DNA of 64,000 nt from Gloeobacterales cyanobacterium. GTDB lineage: Bacteria > Cyanobacteriota > Cyanobacteriia > Gloeobacterales > PMM-0068. Position 1 is the first letter of the stretch. Each line of letters starts with the position of its first letter. The position numbers and the translations under genes were made by a program. The DNA lies in contig JBBRSB010000014.1 in the NCBI GenBank assembly GCA_038245785.1, positions 1-64,000 of the forward strand, written 5' to 3'. A model generated the notes under the pieces. It was not told the origin of the DNA and made no database searches. It saw nothing but the letters and a program-made list of their open reading frames with translations. This document shows, piece by piece, positions 21,296 to 33,037 of the stretch.

Positions 21296-22453
21296 TCAGT
21301 TCAATCCTGCTTCAGACATACCATAGAGCATTTTTTTAAGATGCTTTAGGGCAGGCGTGACTATAGCAACAAAGTAAGATTCCCGGAGTTTTCTTTCCGC
21401 TACACTCCCTTGAAGATAGGCCCTTGCACCACCATGGAGCATCGCTGCATTAGATGCCCGGAGCGAAAGTTCGGAGGCAGCAATACGCGCTTGGATCACC
21501 TCTCTAAGTAAAGTGTTGCCCAGGGAATCTTTAGCGGTGATAGCCTCTGCCAGAGCATAGGTTTTCGCGCGCAGAGATTGTAAATCCTCTTCTATATCGT
21601 CTACCTGATCATCCAGGAAACAATTCACATGATGGAGTCTGCGATTGGCACGCTTCATCAGCTCTATACAGCTTGCGACCAGTCCTAAACCCATCCCAAC
21701 CTGAGTCAAAATAAAACCGGGACGAATACAGGCCACGTAGTCTTCGCAGGGAGCCGCTAGTATAAATTCGTCAGGAACAAAGACATTCTTGAAGCCACAG
21801 CTGAAGGTGCTGCTTCCTTCCAAAGCAATAAAATGCGCATCGTTTCGAAGAGATAGACCTTTGAATTCGTCAGAAACAATGGCCATCAAATAGGCCTCTT
21901 CTGGTGCATCTGCCATCTTGGCGGCTACGGCAAAATAATGTCCAGGACCTACGTTGGAAACCCAGGGTAATAGTCCATTCAGAACGTACCCTCCAGCACA
22001 GCGCTCCGCAGTTAAAGCTATCTTTTCAATACCCGCGAAATGCTTCATCGGGTTAGATAAGCCTGTGCCTGCTAACCGCTCACCCTTAGCGATAAGGGGC
22101 AATATATTTTGCTTTAGATATTCATTTTCACTGTTCTGGATATACCAGGTACAGGCAATTTGGCACCAGGCAATAAACCCAGTAGAAAGGCACTCTTGAG
22201 CAACAGCTTCTATAGCTTGAATGGAGCCTTTGAGCCCTAGACCAGAACCACCATAGAATATAGGGACTGCTTGTCCAAAGCCACCCACGGCACCGACCTG
22301 ATGCATGAAGGTGCGCGGATATTCACCCGCTGCATCAATGTTTCGGACGATAGGTATTAATTGCTTGGTAATCACTGTTTTCAATTCAGCGATCATTAGG
22401 TCAGTTGCCAGAAGCTGACCTGAAAGCCCACTATTAAGTACAACACTTTGCAT
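21296..22453 (-). CDS. acyl-CoA dehydrogenase family protein
   Basis: GTGLSNPMK, NGLLPWVSN, FKNVFVP, RKLRESYFVAIVTP; size and motifs of the ACAD fold. Confidence 0.85.
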   Translation of the reverse strand: MQSVVLNSGLSGQLLATDLMIAELKTVITKQLIPIVRNIDAAGEYPRTFMHQVGAVGGFGQAVPIFYGGSGLGLKGSIQAIEAVAQECLSTGFIAWCQIACTWYIQNSENEYLKQNILPLIAKGERLAGTGLSNPMKHFAGIEKIALTAERCAGGYVLNGLLPWVSNVGPGHYFAVAAKMADAPEEAYLMAIVSDEFKGLSLRNDAHFIALEGSSTFSCGFKNVFVPDEFILAAPCEDYVACIRPGFILTQVGMGLGLVASCIELMKRANRRLHHVNCFLDDQVDDIEEDLQSLRAKTYALAEAITAKDSLGNTLLREVIQARIAASELSLRASNAAMLHGGARAYLQGSVAERKLRESYFVAIVTPALKHLKKMLYGMSEAGLN

Positions 22454-22488
22454 TAGGAGTGCCCCTCTAAGGTACTAACTGATTACGC

Positions 22489-23028
22489 CTATGCCAAAGA
22501 AACTTCCATATTCACAGGATTGCGCAGAGTATTAGCCACCGGAGACCAAAAATTGGCATGGGCCACCAGATCTTCTAATTCTTCTCGTTCTGCGTCTCCT
22601 TCCAAGTTTGCTTCAACCCGGACATCGGTAAATCCCAGGCGCTTCTCAGACAGGTCACCAATTCCCCAAACGCCTGTGATATTGATATCAGCTTCTAAGT
22701 GAAGCTCCAGCTTAGTGAGCGTAATTCCACGCAGCACAGCATTGGCATGAATTCCTACAGAAAGACAAGAGCCTAACGCTGCCAACACCGCTTCAGAAGG
22801 ATTGGGTGCGGTATCTTGGCCCAGCAATGTCGGAGGTTCATCAATAACGTGGGCTTCGAGCGTCCTTACATAGTTCAGGTTGCGGAACTGCCCTTCACAG
22901 ACTGTTTTCACCTTCAAGGTCCCAATCACATTCGGGTTGTTCCGGGCCTTGGTGGCCAATCCCTCTAAACCTTCCTTGCTAACGGGACGTAGAGGTGCTG
23001 TTTTAGGAGCTACGGTAGTCTCAGACAT
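22489..23028 (-). CDS. OsmC family protein
   Basis: IDEPPTLLGQDTAPNPSEAVLAALGSC...SPVANTL. Confidence 0.88.
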   Translation of the reverse strand: MSETTVAPKTAPLRPVSKEGLEGLATKARNNPNVIGTLKVKTVCEGQFRNLNYVRTLEAHVIDEPPTLLGQDTAPNPSEAVLAALGSCLSVGIHANAVLRGITLTKLELHLEADINITGVWGIGDLSEKRLGFTDVRVEANLEGDAEREELEDLVAHANFWSPVANTLRNPVNMEVSLA

Positions 23029-23104
23029 AAAATTCCAACTAGAATGCTTTCTCTAATTGAACCTGATTTCTCCAGCTCAAACCGTATCCAATGTTGCTAA
23101 ACTG

Positions 23105-23210
23105 CCCTCACCCCGCCCTTACGGGCACCCCTCTCCCATAGGAGAGGGGGAACAGAATTTTTACTCTTTACTCTCCTCTCCTGCAGGAGAGGGGCCGGGG
23201 GTGAGGTTCC
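23105..23210. repeat. palindromic REP/SDR-like dispersed repeat (second copy)
   Basis: CCTCACCCC...GGGGTGAGG termini; shares CCTCTCCTGCAGGAGAGGGG and GGGGTGAGGTTCC with 337-436. Confidence 0.85.
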
Positions 23211-23211
23211 A

Positions 23212-23598
23212 ATGCGACTTTTGACTTGGCCTTTGGCCTTCTGTACGGCTATCTATCCGTTTGTTTTTGTCCCTCGGTCCTTTTCCCGCTGGCCAGAAAT
23301 TGCTCGCATCGCCGTTCTCGCTCATGAGGAAGCCCATCACCGTCAGCAGAGAGTAATGGGACTATGGCGTTTTGGCTGGCGTTATTACCTAGACCGAAGA
23401 TTTCGGTGGCGGGTGGAATCCTGGGGCTATCGCCGAGAATTTTGGGTCTATCTGAAACTGGGCCACAATCCAGACCCAGACTACTACGCCCGAGTGCTCT
23501 CAGGTAAACTCTACGGCTTTATGGTGAGCTATGAAGAGGCCCTCACTTGGTGCGAGAAGACCCTACAGCATCTCAAAAAGGCTCGTTGCCGGTCATGA
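23212..23598 (+). CDS. small HExxH motif protein, putative zinc metallopeptidase
   Basis: VLAHEEAHHRQQ followed by a downstream Glu (RVESWGY). Confidence 0.65.
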   Translation: MRLLTWPLAFCTAIYPFVFVPRSFSRWPEIARIAVLAHEEAHHRQQRVMGLWRFGWRYYLDRRFRWRVESWGYRREFWVYLKLGHNPDPDYYARVLSGKLYGFMVSYEEALTWCEKTLQHLKKARCRS

Positions 23599-25125
23599 TT
23601 TGCTGGGTACTGTTTCGAGCTGTCCCAAACGCTGGCCTGTAGCCCAGCTGAGCAAAAGCCCTACTTCCGATTGCTGGATGCGCTCGCGGCTTTGAAGTTT
23701 GAGTTCTCGGGCTAGATGTCCCAGGGCCTCAGAGGCCTGTGCAATCAGGTCTTCGGTAGGTGCAATCACTTCTAGATGCAGATAATAGCCAGAATACGGC
23801 CCCATCCCTTCCAGATGTTCCAGCAATACTTTCGTGGGTACTCGGTCGATCGCTCCTAACCAAATCCGAGATTCTTTGTAGACCACGGGCACACCATGAT
23901 GCTTGGTCTGTCCCATAAAGGCTTCATAGACCAAGCTGGAAATTTCTTCCTGCAGATCTGTCCGACTATGGCTCGTCTTGACGGTCAGATAGTATCGAAC
24001 TTTATCCTCATTCATTTCCCGGCACAGTCGCTGATAGCTATCACTGCTAAATAGTTCGAGATAGTGATTGGTTTGATGAAGCGTGTCTCGTAAAACAAAT
24101 CCCAATTTTTCTAGATCTTGTTCAATGCGCTGACGTTTACGGCTACCAACCAGATAGCGATGCTCTACATTGACCGGGCCTAAACGCAAGGGGTTATCAA
24201 ACAGAGGCTGGTCGTAGTCTACCCCCGGCCACAAAACCAGTTCATCCAGCGTGGCAATGGTATTGGGGGTATTCAACATATCTCGTTGCTGATGAAAACG
24301 AGCAAGCGCTTCCGCTCGGTCTTTTTGAATACAAGCGGTCAACTGTGGAAAGGGTTGATGCCAGGGCGTCGGGTCTGCGGGGATCAAGCGGGGATGGAGA
24401 AAACCCGATAAAACATCGCAGTCATGAATGATGCCGAGTTCTTCTTGCAGCTTTTTCAGTTCTTTGACAAAAGAACGGAAGGCTTTGCCGTAACAGGTAT
24501 CAAAAAATTCTGCCGGATAACGCAGTTTCTTGATCACAATTCTCAGGTCATGAAGCACTTCTGCCTCATCGGTGTGCCAACCGGGATGTTTCCATAGTCC
24601 CGATAACTGTTCACGCAGCCAGGTCGGCAGGATATGAAAGAGGGTCTGATTATGAGGACCTTTGAGGATAGGGTCTTCCAGATAGTGGTGGTATGCCTGG
24701 ATAAAGTCTTGATAATCATCACTATCCAGATCTCGGAGCATTTCCTTCCGTTGTTCATTCCGGCGGGTATGGAGGTAATCCAGAAGGCGATGAAGGCGAT
24801 GGCCTTCGTCCGGGTCTGTAATACGGGGAAGATAATGGAGCCCCAAAGTTTCTATCTGGACATCTAGATCCCGAACCACTCCTAGAGCTTGGGCTGTAGG
24901 GGTCAAGCGTTTGCGTTGAGCGGCCTTGGGCAGTTTGAGTACGGGTTCACAAAGTTTGAGGGCTGCTCGCAAACGGCGCATTCCCACCCGGATTTGGTGT
25001 AGTTCTTCAATATCTTGCCCTTCTCGGGTCCCTGCTTCATGATTGAGGACCTTCTGGACTTGTTCCGTCACTAGATGAATGGCGGCTTCCCCGAAGGTAC
25101 TACTTGCCTGGATTTCTTTTCCCAT
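23593..25125 (-). CDS. CHAD domain protein with C-terminal CYTH-like region
   Basis: ELHQIRVGMRRLRAAL, LGVVRDLDV, LHDLRIVIKKLRY, LQEELGIIHD; C-terminal pattern resembles CYTH. Confidence 0.85.
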   Translation of the reverse strand: MGKEIQASSTFGEAAIHLVTEQVQKVLNHEAGTREGQDIEELHQIRVGMRRLRAALKLCEPVLKLPKAAQRKRLTPTAQALGVVRDLDVQIETLGLHYLPRITDPDEGHRLHRLLDYLHTRRNEQRKEMLRDLDSDDYQDFIQAYHHYLEDPILKGPHNQTLFHILPTWLREQLSGLWKHPGWHTDEAEVLHDLRIVIKKLRYPAEFFDTCYGKAFRSFVKELKKLQEELGIIHDCDVLSGFLHPRLIPADPTPWHQPFPQLTACIQKDRAEALARFHQQRDMLNTPNTIATLDELVLWPGVDYDQPLFDNPLRLGPVNVEHRYLVGSRKRQRIEQDLEKLGFVLRDTLHQTNHYLELFSSDSYQRLCREMNEDKVRYYLTVKTSHSRTDLQEEISSLVYEAFMGQTKHHGVPVVYKESRIWLGAIDRVPTKVLLEHLEGMGPYSGYYLHLEVIAPTEDLIAQASEALGHLARELKLQSRERIQQSEVGLLLSWATGQRLGQLETVPSKS

Positions 25126-25237
25126 AGCGGTTTCTAGTGCTCTAACAAAGTGTCGATTATCTCTGACTTTAGGTTAGAACGGCCATAAATGTATCGGAAT
25201 ATTAACTCAGTACTTTCTCGGATACGACCTCTCAAAA

Positions 25238-26458
25238 CTAGGTTGTGTCCGCTTTTTTATAGGGTTCAACGGGCCGTAAAGACTTTAAGGCTAGAGCGGT
25301 AACCACTAAGGCCACGGCAATCCAGAGCCCTGAAGTCCAATAGGGGGCTGTATAGCCAAGGTAATCGAATGCCGCTCCAGCCCAGAGAGGACCGAGCACC
25401 ATCGACAGACTGACCAGTGCTTGCACGCCTCCTAGCGCTCTGCCTTGCTCCTGATTTGAAACTCGGGCAGAGATCAAACCGCGCAAGGTCGGGCTAGCCA
25501 ATCCGACGCCCAGGGCAAAGAAAGTCTGAGTGGCATAGAGCCAGCTGGCCGTTGGCAGGAAGGCGATAGAAAACACACTTAGACTACAGAAGGCTAAACC
25601 CCACAGGGCTAAAGTCTCTTCGCCAAAGCGAGGAATCAGCTTGCGAATCAATCCTCCTTGAACAAGGGATGAAACTAGGCCGATATAGGCAAAGAGCTGT
25701 GCATTTTTTACAGGGTCCCAGTGGAATTGGTCGCGGGTAAAGACGGCAAAATTGTTTTGGAAGCCCGCAAAGGCAAAGTTAAAGAGAAAAAAGCCAAAGA
25801 CCAGTGCTCGGATATTCTTGTTGCGGGCGATACTGCCCAGCTGTCCCATCGGATTCAGTTCTGACAAGATCGACTTTTGTTTACCCTGTTGACGTTTTTC
25901 TTTCGGTAAAGATTCTGGCAGCGTGAAATAGCCAAGCATAACGTTCGCTAGAGCAAATCCTGCAGCCACAAAAACAGGCAAATTCAAATCAATCTGACTT
26001 AAGGCTCCCCCAATGGCTGGACCGAGAATAAAACCTAGACCAAAAGCAGCGCCAATCAAACCAAAATTCTTAGAACGGTCCTCAGGCTTAGAAATATCTA
26101 CGATGTAGGCTTGGGCTGTAGAGATTACCCCTCCCGTGATGCCATCGATAATCCTGCCCAAAAACATCATCCAGAGGGCATTCGCTAAACCAAAGATCAG
26201 ATAACCCAAGCTGGTGCCCAACATGCAGATAAGCAGCACGGGCCGACGACCATAGCGGTCGGACAAAGCACCAATGCCGGGAGCCGCGATAAACTGAGCA
26301 AGGGAAAAACTGGCTCCTAGAAAACCAATGGTTAGGGCATCAGACCGATAGCGCTCTACCAAAAAAGGCAAAATCGGGACGAGCAGGCTCCCTCCCATAA
26401 AGTCGATAAAAATCGTCAGAAAGATAAATACGACAGGAGATGGGCGGGATAGCTTCAC
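25238..26458 (-). CDS. MFS transporter, tetracycline-resistance (TCR/DHA1) family
   Basis: [14 protein letters not shown] motif [17 protein letters not shown] motif C; GTG start at 26458 after AGGAG (ORF track extends to 26536). Confidence 0.9.
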   Translation of the reverse strand: MKLSRPSPVVFIFLTIFIDFMGGSLLVPILPFLVERYRSDALTIGFLGASFSLAQFIAAPGIGALSDRYGRRPVLLICMLGTSLGYLIFGLANALWMMFLGRIIDGITGGVISTAQAYIVDISKPEDRSKNFGLIGAAFGLGFILGPAIGGALSQIDLNLPVFVAAGFALANVMLGYFTLPESLPKEKRQQGKQKSILSELNPMGQLGSIARNKNIRALVFGFFLFNFAFAGFQNNFAVFTRDQFHWDPVKNAQLFAYIGLVSSLVQGGLIRKLIPRFGEETLALWGLAFCSLSVFSIAFLPTASWLYATQTFFALGVGLASPTLRGLISARVSNQEQGRALGGVQALVSLSMVLGPLWAGAAFDYLGYTAPYWTSGLWIAVALVVTALALKSLRPVEPYKKADTT

Positions 26459-26637
26459 AGACAGCGCTCCTGGAGAGAGTGCAAGAGCACATCGCTGAGT
26501 TCGATACAAAAGTTCATACTCATAGCATAGAGGCACGTTGCCCCTAACGCGCAGCCAGAAATTCTGACCTGCCCTCTACAAAAACAATAAAAGCAGTTGT
26601 GTCAGGGATTGTCCTAGACCAAGAGCGTGGAGTATAC

Positions 26638-26664
26638 TTAGCACTCGGAAGGCATGAGTGCTAA
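26638..26664 (+). promoter_or_regulatory. CIRCE element (HrcA operator)
   Basis: Perfect TTAGCACTC-N9-GAGTGCTAA, adjoining a TATACT -10 (26633-26638) upstream of groES. Confidence 0.97.
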
Positions 26665-26731
26665 TCTCGCAATTCGAGGCGTATAGACGCGCCTCTCTAT
26701 AAGACCTTACACAAATAAGGAGAACAAAAGT

Positions 26732-27043
26732 ATGGCAACTTTGAGCGTCAGTGCTTCTACCCTAAAGCCCCTTGGCGATCGGGTGTTGGTTAAAGTGCTG
26801 GAGCAGGAAGACAAAACGGCAGGAGGGATTCTACTTCCTGATACCGCTAGAGAAAAACCCCAATTGGGCGAAGTCACGGCGGTTGGCCCCGGTCGCAAAA
26901 CCGACGATGGCAACATTGTGCCTACTGAAGTCAAGGTGGGAGATAAGGTCCTCTATGCAAAGTATGCAGGGACTGAAATAAAGATTGCAGGCAGTGATTT
27001 TCTGTTGCTGACGGAGAAAGACATTCTGGCTATTGCTGAGTAA
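26732..27043 (+). CDS. groES: co-chaperonin GroES
   Basis: [30 protein letters not shown]. Confidence 0.98.
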   Translation: MATLSVSASTLKPLGDRVLVKVLEQEDKTAGGILLPDTAREKPQLGEVTAVGPGRKTDDGNIVPTEVKVGDKVLYAKYAGTEIKIAGSDFLLLTEKDILAIAE

Positions 27044-27048
27044 TTTAA

Positions 27049-28728
<1,680 letters not shown>

Positions 28729-28756
28729 GCCCTTGCAACCTTAATTTGATCAATGG

Positions 28757-28786
28757 AAGTCTCTATCCCAAAGGATAGAGACTTTT
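28757..28786 (+). terminator. intrinsic terminator of groESL
   Basis: AAGTCTCTATCC-caaa-GGATAGAGACTT followed by T-rich tract. Confidence 0.8.
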
Positions 28787-28880
28787 CTTGTATATCTAGT
28801 GTTAGTTTTCTGCACTGGTAAAGAGACGCTAGCTTGGGTATAGCTACAATTGAAAGCTGAACAACCTTACGGAATGAAAG

Positions 28881-30518
28881 TTGGATACGCTCGTGAATAC
28901 TTCCTGGGTCGAGGAAACGCTCAACAAACTCTCGCCAGAAGCCCTAATTGGTCAATTGTTCGTGGTCCGGACTGGGGGCTATCTCCTGGACCATCAGAAT
29001 CAATATCCTGACCGAGAACTGAATACACCCCAACTGCTCCAGGCCTTGGAGCTTGGCGTAGGCGGCGTTCTCATCTTTGGCGGAGCGGTGGGTGATACGG
29101 CTCTGAAAATTCAGTGGCTTCAGCAACGCAGTCAAGTGCCGCTGCTGGTTTGTTCTGATGTGGAAGGAGGCTTAGGCGAACAGGTTCAAGGGGGCAGTGA
29201 ACTCTCCGCCGCCATGGGATTGGGCGCTACGGGTTCTCCGGCTTTGGTTGAACAGGCTGCCTACGTAACGGGGATAGAAGCGAAAGCGATTGGGATCAAT
29301 TGGGTTTTGGGACCGGTAGCGGATGTGAATAGTAATCCTGCTAATCCGGTAATTGGAGCGCGGTCCTTTGGAGCCGATCCCGAACAGGTCGCTAATTGTG
29401 TCGCGGCCTATCTGAAGGGACTGCACAGGGCAAAAGTTCTAGGAACCGTCAAACATTTTCCAGGGCATGGCGATACCGATTTAGACTCCCACTTAGACCT
29501 GCCGCCCGTACAGCGGACCCTTGAGCAATTGGACACTATGGACTGGGTGCCCTTTAAAAGGGCTATTGCCGAAGGGACCGATGGCATCATGAGTGCCCAT
29601 CTCACTTTTCCATTGATTCCAGATTCCAAAGCGGCTCCAGCCACCTTTTCGCCCTACTTCCTTACGGAGATTCTGCGCAAGCAGTGGTCCTATGACGGTT
29701 TGATTGTCACGGATGCCTTGACTATGCAGGCAATTACAGACCGCTACAGTGCAGCAGAAGCGTCCCTGCGGGCTTTTCAGGCGGGAGCTGATATCCTCCT
29801 AATGCCTCAGATGTTTCCTGAAGCTCACCAAAGAATGTGCAAGGCCCTGCGCAGCGGAGAAATCAGTATGGAGCGCTTAAAAGCTTCTGTCCGCCGCATC
29901 CTGAAAGCAAAAGCGAAGGTTGGCTTGCCTAGCCAAGAGCCTCTGCTAGACAGCATTCTCAAGAACGTAAGCATTTCAGAACATAGAGCTTTGGCACAGA
30001 CAATTGCGCAAAAAAGCATCTGTCGGCTGAATGAAATACCGCTGCCTAATCTCACGCATTGGAAGAAACGGGTGAATATTGTGGTCGTAGATAGCCGTTT
30101 TAATTCTCCCTGGAACGAAGATAGTCCGATGTTGACCTGGGCCACACCGGAGGCATCTGTTAGAAACTTTCTGATAGACCCCAACCTCTCTATCCAGCGC
30201 TTTAATCTAATTGAAGAAGCCTGCAAAAACGCAGATGGAATTTTGATTCATATCCTCTTGGAAACAGGTCCCTATGCAGGACGTTCTGGTTTACCTCGCT
30301 CTCTGGCGAAATTCTTCCAGCGCTTGCTTCCACCCCAAATTTACATCAGCTATACCAGTCCTTACTTACTAATGGATTTGCTCTCAAAATTTCCAGCAAT
30401 CGCAGCGTTTGGTCAAAATGCCATACACCAAGAGGCTGTGCTGGCGGCTCTTAATGGAGAGACAGAGCTGCAAGAGCACCATTCTTTTTGGTTATCCCCA
30501 AAATTACCGCCGACGTAA
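28881..30518 (+). CDS. glycoside hydrolase family 3 (NagZ-like beta-N-acetylhexosaminidase)
   Basis: SDVEGG, NPVIGARSFG, KHFPGHGDTDLDSH, VTDALTM. Confidence 0.9.
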   Translation: MDTLVNTSWVEETLNKLSPEALIGQLFVVRTGGYLLDHQNQYPDRELNTPQLLQALELGVGGVLIFGGAVGDTALKIQWLQQRSQVPLLVCSDVEGGLGEQVQGGSELSAAMGLGATGSPALVEQAAYVTGIEAKAIGINWVLGPVADVNSNPANPVIGARSFGADPEQVANCVAAYLKGLHRAKVLGTVKHFPGHGDTDLDSHLDLPPVQRTLEQLDTMDWVPFKRAIAEGTDGIMSAHLTFPLIPDSKAAPATFSPYFLTEILRKQWSYDGLIVTDALTMQAITDRYSAAEASLRAFQAGADILLMPQMFPEAHQRMCKALRSGEISMERLKASVRRILKAKAKVGLPSQEPLLDSILKNVSISEHRALAQTIAQKSICRLNEIPLPNLTHWKKRVNIVVVDSRFNSPWNEDSPMLTWATPEASVRNFLIDPNLSIQRFNLIEEACKNADGILIHILLETGPYAGRSGLPRSLAKFFQRLLPPQIYISYTSPYLLMDLLSKFPAIAAFGQNAIHQEAVLAALNGETELQEHHSFWLSPKLPPT

Positions 30519-30598
30519 TAGCTTAGCGAGGAGTCCGTTCCGTGATAGTCCGAAAGCAGTTGGGTAGCTTAAGTTAAAAAGCACCCGGCATTTTCTCC

Positions 30599-32077
30599 AT
30601 GAACTCAGGCGATTCTCCCAAGTTTCCATACCGTTCGATCCCTCAGGCCAATGAGCGTCCTGTGCCTACTCCTGCAGATCTCACCCGAGTTCCACCGCCA
30701 CCGCCTGCTCCACCCCGCCGTCCCCTCTCAGAAACGACTCCCCAGACTGCTCCTCCGCCCCCTCCAAGCAGAGAGCGTCCTTTGCCTCCTCCCTATGCAG
30801 CCCCAATGCCAGCGGCAATTCCGATGGAGGCCCCTAGTCTCAGCCAAACGGTCATCAGACCAGAATTGGATTTCCATGTACAGAAGGAAGAAATAGCCAC
30901 TTTAGAGTTCGTAGAGATTAAGGCTGAAGAACCTGTAGTTGAGGTATCTTCCACTGATGAGCTGACCCACGATACGCCTCCCATTACACAATCGCATGCC
31001 GCCGACCTAGAGGAATTAATTCGTGAAGCCCAGAACTGTCGGGTATCTGATATTCACCTGGGCGTTCAAGAAAGACCTCGCTTCCGTCGTCGGGGCCAAA
31101 TGGAATACACCGGTTACCCGCCCACTACCGATGAAGTATTCTTCGGGTGGTGGCAAGATGTCCTGACCCCTGAGCAAATTGCTGAATTTAAGCGGACGAA
31201 AGAACTAGATACCGCCATCTTCTATCCAGGGTTTGCCCGCTGTCGGGTCAACCTCTTTGAAAGCTTAAATGGACCCGCCGCCGTCATGCGTCTGATCGAG
31301 CTAGAAATTCCGACGATGCAAGAGCTCAAGTTGCCCGATGTCCTGAAATCGATTGCAGAACAGCACAAGGGATTGGTTTTGGTTACTGGACCGACAGGAT
31401 CTGGAAAATCTACGACTTTGGCGGCCATGATTCGCTATCTCAATGAAAGTCACGCCAAGCACATCATTTCTATTGAAGACCCGATTGAATATGTGCATAC
31501 TTCCATTCGCTCTCTGATCCGTCAGCGGGAAGTCGGTATGCATACCCTGGAATTCGAAAGTGCTTTGCGGGCTTCTCTGCGGGAAGACCCCGACATCATC
31601 CTGATTGGAGAAATGCGCGACCGGATCACCGTGGATATTGCCCTGAAAGCTGCCCAGACTGGACATCTAGTTTTTGGAACCCTCCACACCAACAGTGCTG
31701 TATCCACGATTGAGCGTCTTCTCAATATCTACAGCCCTGCGGAGCAGGAACCGATGCGCCACCAGATTGCAGAATCTTTGGTCGCCGTCATTGCCCAGAC
31801 CCTGGTGAAAACCAACGATGGCAAGCGCTGCGCTGCTCACGAAATCATGATTAATACCGATGCAGCCCGAGACTATATCAAAGGCAACAAAGTGGATGAA
31901 TTGGACTCTTTGATTCCACAATGCACCTTTGATGGGATGCAGACGATGAATCAAGCCCTGTATAGGCTCTACCAAGAAGAACGTATTACTGCTGAAACTG
32001 CAATTGGAGCCTCTCCCCGCCCGAATGAAATGCGTCAACAGCTAAGGGGCAAGATGGACAATACACGGATGGTTTAG
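30599..32077 (+). CDS. pilT: type IV pilus retraction ATPase, PilT2-like with Pro-rich N-terminal extension
   Basis: SDIHL, GPTGSGKST, IEDPIE, LREDPDIILIGEMRD, TGHLVFGTLHT. Confidence 0.92.
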   Translation: MNSGDSPKFPYRSIPQANERPVPTPADLTRVPPPPPAPPRRPLSETTPQTAPPPPPSRERPLPPPYAAPMPAAIPMEAPSLSQTVIRPELDFHVQKEEIATLEFVEIKAEEPVVEVSSTDELTHDTPPITQSHAADLEELIREAQNCRVSDIHLGVQERPRFRRRGQMEYTGYPPTTDEVFFGWWQDVLTPEQIAEFKRTKELDTAIFYPGFARCRVNLFESLNGPAAVMRLIELEIPTMQELKLPDVLKSIAEQHKGLVLVTGPTGSGKSTTLAAMIRYLNESHAKHIISIEDPIEYVHTSIRSLIRQREVGMHTLEFESALRASLREDPDIILIGEMRDRITVDIALKAAQTGHLVFGTLHTNSAVSTIERLLNIYSPAEQEPMRHQIAESLVAVIAQTLVKTNDGKRCAAHEIMINTDAARDYIKGNKVDELDSLIPQCTFDGMQTMNQALYRLYQEERITAETAIGASPRPNEMRQQLRGKMDNTRMV

Positions 32078-32154
32078 AAAATATTAGGCTTTTCTAAAAC
32101 CGCTTATTCCGTTAACGTATAGGTACCCTATGTCTTCTATACGAAGGTTGTGCC

Positions 32155-32352
32155 ATGCATGAACAGCATGAACGCGACTGCTGCTTCGGTTTTCCCTTCG
32201 AACTTGTCGAAACGGTTTCTAACCAGCAAACGCTTCGAGAAGAACAACCTGAGCGTGACAGAATGGTTCTAGCACGTACGCCGGTTTCTAAAGCTCAGCG
32301 TACATCCGTTCCAGTGGTTCAACCGTTAGTCCAAAAAGACGTACACTACTGA
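32155..32352 (+). CDS. hypothetical protein
   Basis: 65-aa ORF co-oriented with its neighbours, possible AAGG RBS; no recognisable motif. Confidence 0.4.
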   Translation: MHEQHERDCCFGFPFELVETVSNQQTLREEQPERDRMVLARTPVSKAQRTSVPVVQPLVQKDVHY

Positions 32353-32421
32353 ACTGCTGCCGCTGTAACAAATTTTTAGACCACAGGTTCTACTATGACC
32401 AAAAGGTCCTCCTAAGCGCTT

Positions 32422-33027
32422 ATGAACCGAACCCAGGCCTATACGGTTTTGAATTTACCGGAAGATGCCACAGAAGCTCAGGTGCGCATCCAATTTTTTA
32501 AGCTCTGGCAACATTGGTCGGGAACAGAAGTTCCCGAAGATCCCCAGAATCAAAAACTCGATGACTTGATTGTGGCAAGAGATCTTCTGTTGGGTTCTTC
32601 TGACCTATCTAATGTAGAAGAACAAGAGCCGGAGGAAGAGCAAGAACAAGAGCAAAAGCCAGAAGAAGCAGACCATCTTCTAGCGGGGGCACAACTGACC
32701 TTGATTGGTCCTGAAGATGATGAAGACCTCCAGAATGTCCCTGAAGAAATTACGGTATTGCTCTATCAAAAGTATGGGCAAGAAGGCATTCACACCCTGC
32801 GCTTTGGTAACGAGAATGTAGTCCTCGCTTTTGAAAATGCTTTCACTGCCCGACGCTACAGCCAGGCCCTGGCCAAACGAGACCTGCCCAAGCCTACGGT
32901 AGAGAATTTTTTCTCCCAGGAAATTATTGATTTCTGCCGATCTTCAGGCCATGGACTTTTGTTAGTTCCTTCTGACCAATTCCTGGAACCTCCAGATGCT
33001 GTAGATGATGACCTGAAAGGCTTCTAA
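32422..33027 (+). CDS. DUF3110 domain protein with N-terminal degenerate J-like domain
   Basis: EGIHTL...VLAFE...ARRYSQAL...PTVE...IIDFCRSSG...VP; N-term AYTVLNLPEDAT. Confidence 0.75.
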   Translation: MNRTQAYTVLNLPEDATEAQVRIQFFKLWQHWSGTEVPEDPQNQKLDDLIVARDLLLGSSDLSNVEEQEPEEEQEQEQKPEEADHLLAGAQLTLIGPEDDEDLQNVPEEITVLLYQKYGQEGIHTLRFGNENVVLAFENAFTARRYSQALAKRDLPKPTVENFFSQEIIDFCRSSGHGLLLVPSDQFLEPPDAVDDDLKGF

Positions 33028-33037
33028 GATCTCCACG

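Noticed and set aside
32155..32352. 65-aa ORF with CC motif as a RiPP precursor
   Set aside because: No leader or cleavage motif and no adjacent modifying enzymes.
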